A DNA stretch of 62,965 bases, filler included, from Octopus bimaculoides (Eukaryota), in NCBI RefSeq assembly GCF_001194135.2. It is 6 parts of 6 records of this genome, joined end to end, with 100 filler letters (N's around TTAATTAATTAA, not from the genome) between each part and the next. Parts side by side here need not be neighbours in the genome. Positions count along the whole stretch, not along the records: positions 54,649 to 62,965 come from NC_068985.1; 5 more parts are not named here. One strand, written 5' to 3'. Shown in pieces: positions 55,056 through 62,965 of this stretch; within the stretch, counting starts at the first letter, position 1; every line of letters begins with the position of its first letter. A program made the translations under genes and the position numbers. The notes below the pieces were generated by a model. The model did no database searches. It saw nothing but the letters and a program-made list of their open reading frames with translations, and was not told the DNA's origin.

Positions 55056-55518
55056 CTGGAAAAGAAAACGATGCATTTATATTTAATCCAGGCCTTTATG
55101 TTCTAAGTTGAAATCCCACTTTGAAGGGTTTTAATCAGATTGACCCCAGGACTTAAGATTTTTTTTTTAAAGTTTGGTACTTATTCTATCAGCCATTTTT
55201 ACTAAACCATTAAGTTATCAACGCTGGTTGCCAAGTGAGGGACACACGGACACATGCATGCATGCACGCACACACACACACACGCACACACACGCACACA
55301 CACACACACACACACGCACGCACATGCAAGCACACACATGCACGCACACACAAACGTACACATATATTCAATGGGCTTCAATACAGTTTTTGTCAACCAA
55401 ATTCATTGGTTGGTTGGTTGGGGGATACAATTAAAAACACATGCTCAAGGTGCTGCATAGTGGGACTGAACTCAAAAGTACATGGTTGCATATCTGCACA
55501 GCCATGCCTTTTCTTTAC

Positions 55519-55618
55519 ATCCATCTTTGGGATCGATACAATGACACACAAATCAAAGACTGGTGGTTGCTTGAATCAACTGTTCCTCTTTCTTCTCCAC
55601 CAATTTCTGACCTTGTGG
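55519..55618 (-). CDS. Candidate exon downstream of the transmembrane exon
   Basis: Unique 100-nt island between SINEs, with acceptor tatctctcacacag| and donor GGAT|gtaaag. Phase-2 entry gives CHKVRNWWRRKRNS*. Phase-1 entry is open throughout (TRSEIGGEERGTVDSS...). Confidence 0.35.
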
Positions 55619-55707
55619 CTGTGTGAGAGATAGTTATTATTTTTTCAGCAATAAAGAAAAATTGTTAACATAATGGACAAAATGTTGTAAAGCATTTCCT
55701 TTGGCTC

Positions 55708-55860
55708 ATTATGTTCTGAGTTCAAATTCCACTGTTGCCGACTTTGCCTTTCATCCTTTCAAGATTGATAAAATAAGCATCAACTGAGAACTTGAGTCAA
55801 ATGTAATTGACTGACCTCCTCATCCTAAAAATTGTTGGACTTGTGATAAAATCTGAAAGC
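55708..55860 (+). mobile_element. SINE family D, CpG-decayed
   Basis: ttctgagttcaaattccact...gactttgcctttcatcctttcaagattgataaaataag. Confidence 0.8.
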
Positions 55861-55910
55861 ATTATCTTTTCAAAGCAAAAAAAAAAAGAAATAAAAAAAA
55901 GAACATAGAT

Positions 55911-56520
55911 ACAGGTGCAACTGTGTGCTAAGAGGTTTGCTTCCCAACCACATGGTTTTATGTTCAGCCCTACAGCATGGCTTCTTGGGAAAGTGCCTTC
56001 TACTATAGCTTCAGGCTGACCAAAGCCTTGTGAGTGGATTTGGTAGATAGAAACTGAAAAAAACCCATCAACTATGTGTATATATATCTACAGGGTTGGC
56101 CAAAAGTCACCCGACAGTAAATCAAAATTCCATAAATACTATCTGTAATTCTGTATTGGCTTGAATAGAAAAAAGTGTTGCTCGGGAAAGACTTCAGTTT
56201 GAACAATTTTCATGATGCTTCATATTTAGAAGCTTTTATTAAATTCATGGTTTTGGTTTACTGTCAGGTGACTTTGGTCAAACATGTATATATGTGCATG
56301 TCTTTGTGTCAGTGTTGGTCCCCCACAACCACTTGATAACTGGTGTTGGTTTATTTCTGTCCCTATAACTTATTAGTTCAACAAAAAAGAGACTAATAGA
56401 ATAAGTACCAGGTTAAAAAAAAAGAAAAATTAAGTACTGGGTTTGATTAGTTCAACTAAAATTCTTCAAAGTGATAACTCCAGCATGGCCACCATCTAAT
56501 GACCTAAACAAGTAAAAGAT
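55911..56520 (+). mobile_element. SINE family A, full length, interrupted by a MITE
   Basis: Head and body at 55911-56088, core and tail at 56289-56520. Confidence 0.88.
56091..56286. mobile_element. Tc1/mariner-type MITE (196 bp)
   Basis: Imperfect TIRs of about 40 bp, cagggttggccaaaagtcacccgacagtaaa and tttactgtcaggtgactttggtcaaacatg, flanked by TA at 56089-56090 and 56287-56288. Confidence 0.85.
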
Positions 56521-56608
56521 AAAAAGATAAGGTTCATGAGATATATGTTCAATATAAATAGCAAATATAACCGAAGGGTGTAAAATTATACAGAAAAGAA
56601 CAACTAAC

Positions 56609-56843
56609 CAATTTTTCATGTGTTTTTTTATCAATATCACCAGACTGATAAAGAGCATAAGAAGCAGCAAAACCAAAATACTAATAAGAATAGGCGCTAA
56701 TAAAGTGGGAGATAGAATTCCAACTCCATTTCCTGTGCTTTCATCATTTTGCTTCACTGTTTTATCCAGAAATCTGTCAATTTTATTTAAGTTCCATTCT
56801 GTCATGTTTATTGGCCATATTTTCCTGCATTTTTCTTTTCGAA
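56609..56843 (-). CDS. Internal exon encoding the stalk and transmembrane helix of a single-pass membrane protein
   Basis: A pyrimidine tract of about 30 nt ends in gcatcag|, followed by 77 open codons: RKEKCRKIWPINMTEWNLNKIDRFLDKTVKQNDESTGNGVGILSPTLLAPILISILVLLLLMLFISLVILIKKHMKN. The donor is TG|gttagt (phase 1 in, phase 2 out). The hydrophobic helix is followed by basic residues. Confidence 0.7.
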
Positions 56844-56949
56844 CTGATGCAAAAAAGAAAAAGAAAAAAAGAAAAAGAATAAAATGGTAAAATCAGAAAA
56901 TATAAATGAATGAAACATATACATTTGTATGTATGTATGTATGTATGAA

Positions 56950-59285
56950 CCTAGATGTTACCAGATGGATCAGAATGCTGGACAGACCACAGTCTGGTGC
57001 GAGCAAAGTTCTGAATGGTGATTAAGGTGAAAGAGAGAAGAGGACCAGTCAGCATTCCTCGCCGTCTAAATGTCCACAAGGTATATGATGTTGTGGTTAG
57101 GAAAGAGCTTCAGACTCGCTTGTCCAGCATTGAAATTGCTGCAGCATGGGAAGATTTTCGAGACCAGGTTGTTCAATGTGCAGCTGAAACACTGGGGTAT
57201 GTTACTACCAGACAGAGACTGGTTTGATGAGAATGATGCTGGAATTCAACGACTATTGGTGGTAAAGCGCCATGGCCACAGTGTATTGCTACACAGAGAA
57301 CTGTCTTACTGTGCAGCGAAGTCGAACACTTGCCCACTATAACAGTGTAAAATCACTACTGCAGCGATCTTTCAGGAAGATGCAGAACACTCGGTGGGAG
57401 GATCTTGCTCGTGATGTTCAGGCTGCTGCTGATGCAAATGACAGCAAGAAGCTTTATCATATTATGAAGCAAGATTATGGACCTAAGAGCTCCACATCAG
57501 CTCCTTTACTTTCCAAGGAGTCTTCCACTCTGTTTACTAAATCAACAGAAATCACAGATCACTGGATCGAACACTTCTCTGAATTCCTAAACCATGAGTC
57601 AGTTGTGGATGAAACAGTGATCGATACTATGCAACAAAGACCTATCATTGGCTCCTTAGACTCTTCGCCCTCAATAGATGAAGTAATGACATCAATAAGT
57701 AAATTGAATCTTGGTAGGACACTTGGAAAGGATGGAATTTGTGATGAGGTCTTGTGATTTGGTGGTAATTACATCACACAGTCCCTTCATGAACTTATTA
57801 GTGCAGTCTGGAGGGATGGTGCAATCCCTAAGGACTGGAAGGATGCAATTATTCTTCCTCTATATAAAGGGAAAGGAGCCACAACAATGTGTGGTAACTA
57901 CAGAGGCATTGCTCTACTATCAGCTGCTGGCAAGGTTCTGGCAAATATTCTTCTTACTCGTCTGAATGGGTGTCTCGTAAATGATGTCCTATCTGAATCT
58001 CAATGTGGTTTCTGATCTGGTAGAGGGACAATGGATATGATTTTCACAGCAAGACAGATGCAGGAGAAGTGCTATGAGCAGAATATGGATCTTGTCCAGG
58101 TATTCATTGATTTAACAAAGGCCTTNNNNNNNNNNNNNNNNNNNNNNNNNNNNNNNNNNNNNNNNNNNNNNNNNNNNNNNNNNNNNNNNNNNNNNNNNNN
58201 NNNNNNNNNNNNNNNNNNNNNNNNNNNNNNNNNNNNNNNNNNNNNNNNNNNNNNNNNNNNNNNNNNNNNNNNNNNNNNNNNNNNNNNNNNNNNNNNNNNN
58301 NNNNNNNNNNNNNNNNNNNNNNNNNNNNNNNNNNNNNNNNNNNNNNNNNNNNNNNNNNNNNNNNNNNNNNNNNNNNNNNNNNNNNNNNNNNNNNNNNNNN
58401 NNNNNNNNNNNNNNNNNNNNNNNNNNNNNNNNNNNNNNNNNNNNNNNCTTTGCTGCTGCTTTTACTGATGCTTTTGCTAAGGTTAGCTCTCTGGGAATAT
58501 ATGTCAGATATTGATCTTCTGGCCGCCTCTTTAATCTTTGCCAATTCAAAGGTTCTCCAGTCTATTATTCGTGACCTCCTTTATGCAGATGACTGTGACT
58601 TAGTCATTCATACGATGGATGACATGCAAATACTCATGAATTGCATTTCTGCTTCTTGCAAGGCATTTGGACTCAGCATTAACCTGGACAAGACTGTTGT
58701 AATGTTCCAGCCTGCACCAGGAAATCCATATGTGGAACCAGCTATCTTGGTTGAAGGAACAATTCTTAAGGTAGTAGACAAGTTTGTCTACCTGGGCAGC
58801 ACACTCAACCATTCTTGCTCCCTGAATGAGGAAATGTTTCAGGTTGCAGAGAGCAACTAATTCCTTCCCATCTCTTCAGTCTCGTGTCTGGTCCCAGCAT
58901 GGCATTGCAAGGTGAACAAAAGTTGCTGTGTACCGTGCATGTGTACTGACATCGCTCCTCTACTCATGTGAGACATGGACTCTGTACAAACATCAGGTAA
59001 GGGTCCTAGAACGCTTTCATCAGAGATGTCTCAGACACATTCTCAATGTTGGCTGGACCTCAAAAATTCCAGACACACAGGTCCTGAGGATAGCTGATAT
59101 CTTGAGTATTGAGGCAATGGTGCACAAACACCGGCTACGTTGGACTGGACACCTTATTAGAATGAAGGATAGCAGGATTCCTAAGCAGATGCTCTATGGA
59201 GAACTTGTGAATGGAAGGAGACTCCGGCAGAAACCAAGGCTGCTATTTAAGGACTGTGTCAAGTCCTCATTAAAGGCCTGTGATA
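56950..59285 (+). mobile_element. Degenerate RTE-BovB-like LINE ORF2 (endonuclease C-terminus, RT, C-terminal region)
   Basis: Reads CWTDHSLVRAK, GKDGICDEVL, CGNYRGIALLS, LSESQCGF, VFIDLTKAF, LLYADDCDL, FVYLGSTL, LLYSCETWTLY and RLRWTGHLIRM. Several stops and frameshifts are present. Confidence 0.95.
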
Positions 59286-59986
59286 NNNNNNNNNNNNNNN
59301 NNNNNNNNNNNNNNNNNNNNNNNNNNNNNNNNNNNNNNNNNNNNNNNNNNNNNNNNNNNNNNNNNNNNNNNNNNNNNNNNNNNNNNNNNNNNNNNNNNNN
59401 NNNNNNNNNNNNNNNNNNNNNNNNNNNNNNNNNNNNNNNNNNNNNNNNNNNNNNNNNNNNNNNNNNNNNNNNNNNNNNNNNNNNNNNNNNNNNNNNNNNN
59501 NNNNNNNNNNNNNNNNNNNNNNNNNNNNNNNNNNNNNNNNNNNNNNNNNNNNNNNNNNNNNNNNNNNNNNNNNNNNNNNNNNNNNNNNNNNNNNNNNNNN
59601 NNNNNNNNNNNNNNNNNNNNNNNNNNNNNNNNNNNNNNNNNNNNNNNNNNNNNNNNNNNNNNNNNNNNNNNNNNNNNNNNNNNNNNNNNNNNNNNNNNNN
59701 NNNNNNNNNNNNNNNNNNNNNNNNNNNNNNNNNNNNNNNNNNNNNNNNNNNNNNNNNNNNNNNNNNNNNNNNNNNNNNNNNNNNNNNNNNNNNNNNNNNN
59801 NNNNNNNNNNNNNNNNNNNNNNNNNNNNNNNNNNNNNNNNNNNNNNNNNNNNNNNNNNNNNNNNNNNNNNNNNNNNNNNNNNNNNNNNNNNNNNNNNNNN
59901 NNNNNNNNNNNNNNNNNNNNNNNNNNNNNNNNNNNNNNNNNNNNNNNNNNNNNNNATATATATATATATATATATATATATACACT

Positions 59987-61289
59987 AGCTGAGTTACCTG
60001 GTAATACCTAGAAAAGCTGGGATTATTTGCAGTTCCCATTCCCATTACACTGTTTCATGTCTTATCCGCTTCCCTGTTCAGTTCCCATTTTAGTTCTCTT
60101 CCCACTCCTATCCCCAATCCTATGTCAGTATATAAGTTTTAGAAGGTGGTGAGCTGGCAGAAACGTTAACATGCCGGGCGAAATGCTTAGCGCTATTTCG
60201 TTTGCCATTACATTCTGAGTTCAAATTCCGCCAAGGTCAAATTTGCCTTTCATCCTTTCAGGGTCAATAAATTAAGTACCAGTTATGCACTGGAGTCGAT
60301 GTAACCGACTTAATCTCTTTGTCTGTCCTTGTTTGTCCCCTCCGTGTTTAGCCCTTTGTGGGCAATAAAGAGTAAGAAATGTTAGCACACCAGGTGAAAT
60401 GCTTAGCGGTATTTTGTCTGTCTTTATGTTCCGAGTTCAAATACCTTTGTCTTTCATCCTTTCGGGGTCGATAAATTAAGTACTAGTTGTGTACTGGGGT
60501 TCATCTAATCAACTGGACCCCTCCCTCAAAACTTTTGGTTTTGTGCCTAGAGAAGAAAAGAATATATAAATCTTAGAATCAGTGAGGTGTAATTAAACCA
60601 TTAAATATTTTATTAACCTTTATGGTAATAGTTTTTTGCTAAAAATAGGCATTACAAACTATTAATATGATTAGTGGGTGAATAAGGAATGTCCCTATAT
60701 TATTTTAACAAGCGAATATGCATCTGAGTAAAATAAATCAGATAAATAGAAAGACCTCTAAACATTTGCTGCAGCCCACCCTCTGTCTAGGGGGCCCATT
60801 ATAGATTTTTATTGAAATCCAATTTGCCTATAATTCAACTGGATGTTAGGAATAGATAAATAGCAAAATTAGATTTAACGTGGAAAATTATTTCAATATA
60901 CAAAATTTGTAAATTTTGATGTAATTTTAACATCTCGTAATATTTTACAGCAACAGGGAAGACCCTACAAAAGTAGAGAGACAGACAGTCAGTTATCGGA
61001 CGTGACACACACACAAATTTACAAACGTATACACAGCTAATCATGAGTTTAAAATGGTGTATAGTAGACATATGTATGCATGTATATATATTACCCAAAT
61101 TACCCAGTAATACCTGGAAAAGCAGGGGTTATTTCCAGTTCCCATTCCCATTATACTGTTTCATATCCTATCCCATTCACTGTTCAGTTCCCGTTTTAGG
61201 TCCACTCCCATTCCTATCCCCAATCCTATGTCAATATGTACACATAGGTAATCACGAGTTTAAAATGGTGTATTGTAGACATATGTATG
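59987..61289 (+). repeat. Unclassified repeat of about 145 bp in two copies (about 59990-60135 and 61090-61236)
   Basis: gtaatacct(a/g)gaaaagc...cagttcccattcccatta...cctatccccaatcctatgtc occurs twice. The second copy lies between direct repeats gagtttaaaatggtgtat(a/t)gtagacatatgtatg spaced 211 bp apart. Confidence 0.8.
60143..60560 (+). mobile_element. Tandem pair of SINE family D
   Basis: aaggtggtgagctggcagaaacgttaac..., with a second unit from about 60370. Confidence 0.88.
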
Positions 61290-61657
61290 TGTGGAGGCGC
61301 AATGGCCCAGTGGTTAGGGCTGCAGACTCGCGGTTTCAATTCCCAGATTAGGCGTTGTGAGTGTTTATTGAGTGAAAACACCTAAAGCTCCACGAGGCTC
61401 CGGCAGGGGATGGTGGCGAACCCTGCTGTACTTTTTTACCACTACTTTCTCTCACTCTTACTTCCTGTTTCTGTTGTGCCTGTAATTCAAAGGGTCAGCC
61501 TTGTCACACTGTGTCACGCTGAATATCCCCGAGAACTACGTTAAGGGCACACGTGTCTGTGGAGTGCTCAGCCACTTGCACGTTAATTTCACGAGCAGGC
61601 TGTTCCGTTGATCGGATCAACTGGAACCCTCGACGTCGTAAGCGACGGAGTGCCAAC
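61290..61657 (+). mobile_element. SINE family B copy
   Basis: Aligns end to end with 11916-12303, has a short deletion in the head, and is flanked by atgtatgt. Confidence 0.92.
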
Positions 61658-62668
61658 ATGTATGTATGTATGTGTGTATGTGTGAGCATGTATATATGTG
61701 CATATGTATGCATGCATGTATGTATATACATACGTTGTTTTAACTAACAAACCATAAAAATTTTTAAACTGACTTTTATTTTATATATTATTTTAAATTT
61801 GTTTTTTTTTTCCCTCTTTGCATCTTTTAATTCAAACTTCATTTTATTTCTGTAAATTTCTTTCTTCTATCTTCTCCTCTTGTATTTAGGGTGGGATTGT
61901 TTTTGCTGCTTTGGAACTTTTGTCTTTGGTTTTTAGAAACAAACACAAGTAAATAACAGTAATAATACAACTTTGGATTATCTGACTAGTTAACCGTCGC
62001 TTGGCTTCTGGCATTTACTTTAGTTTTAAAAACTTTCTTTAAGGCTTCCGAAAACAACTAGATCTGCTGGTCCCTCTTAGCTGTTTATTATCTGTTTCCA
62101 GTACTTGTACATGTTGCTTGCTTGATGCATGCAACTTTTCTCTGACATTCTGCCAAGCAGTGTGTGTGTATGTATGTGTATATAGACATGTATGTTTATG
62201 CAATCATCTTTGTACTAGTTTTTGCAACGTTTAACTTTCATGCCAGTTTCATATTAATAGAAGTCAGCAAAAATCGTTTTTGTAAAACTAATAAAACAAT
62301 CTCTTTTTATTGGTTTCAGCTAGTGACTGTGGCCATGCTGGGGCACTGCCTACATCTTGATACTTGACATTTTTTCACTCCTTCTCTTAATTCTAATAAA
62401 TCTAGATATTGCAATTTCAAAAGAAGACCAAATAAAATGGTAAAATAAACACCAATATATCATTAGAGGTATGGTTCACCTGACTTCTTACCTCTACAGT
62501 TTTGTGGCCTTGTCTCTTAGAAATATTTTTTGTTAGATTTTCTTCCATTTCATAACATAAGCTTGTTCTAATTTATTTTATTTTAGTCATATTTGGCTTG
62601 TATGCATTAGGTTTTCGATATTTTGGCTGTTCTTAATAAAGTGGTGTTTGAAGATATTGTAATATGGT

Positions 62669-62814
62669 TGGAAGTGGCTGTGTGACAAGCTTTGCTTCCC
62701 AACTACATGGTCCCTGGTTCAATCCCACTTGGCCAAGTGTCTTCTACTATAGCCTCAGGCCAACCAAAGCTTTGTGAGTAGATTTGGTAGGTGGAAAGTG
62801 AAAGAAGCCCATCG

Positions 62815-62850
<36 letters not shown>

Positions 62851-62965
62851 GCATGTAAAATACATCATTTTGAGCATGGCCGTTGCCAGTACCGCCTGAC
62901 TGGCCTTTGTGCCGGTGGCGTGTAAAAGCACCCACTACACTCTCTGAGTGGTTGGTGTTAGGAAG
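62669..62965 (+). mobile_element. SINE family A head and body joined through a TA/TG tract to a family E (RTE-like) tail
   Basis: gtggctgtgtgacaagc...gaaagaagcccatcg, then (TA)(TG)n, then catcattttgagcatggccgttgccagtaccgcc...gttaggaag, running to the window end. Confidence 0.85.

Noticed and set aside
60900-60964. VFPVAVKYY, resembling a kinase VAVK motif behind a good acceptor
   Set aside because: No other kinase motifs are present, and it lies upstream of the transmembrane exon, the wrong side for a receptor kinase.
61890-61948. Plus-strand exon candidate GGIVFAALELLSLVFRNKH
   Set aside because: It has good splice signals but no partner exons, and the pyrimidine tract may simply be low complexity. 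It cannot be supported without RNA data.

Overview
This is AT-rich, gap-riddled animal genomic DNA, very likely an octopus (inferred from SINE families I recognise and from the extreme microsatellite density). It is not prokaryotic and holds no operon, CRISPR, rRNA or tRNA gene. Most long ORFs in the track are translations of N-gaps or microsatellites. The recognisable content is mostly decayed mobile DNA: RTE-clade LINE fragments (two families, one with a PHD-like finger), a Penelope-like GIY-YIG remnant, an L1/Tx1-type ORF1, R4/Dong 3' ends, three mariners (one full length with both TIRs), a hAT Charlie/Buster remnant, a MITE, a DINE/HINE-like element and about five SINE families. The best host-gene signal is a minus-strand exon at 56609-56843 encoding a juxtamembrane stalk plus a single transmembrane helix. 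Weaker exon candidates lie at 55.0-55.6 kb (minus) and 45.8-46.0 kb (plus). CpG content switches between depleted and undepleted blocks exactly at the 100-bp TTAATTAATTAA linker joins. I found no convincing novel multi-gene system.
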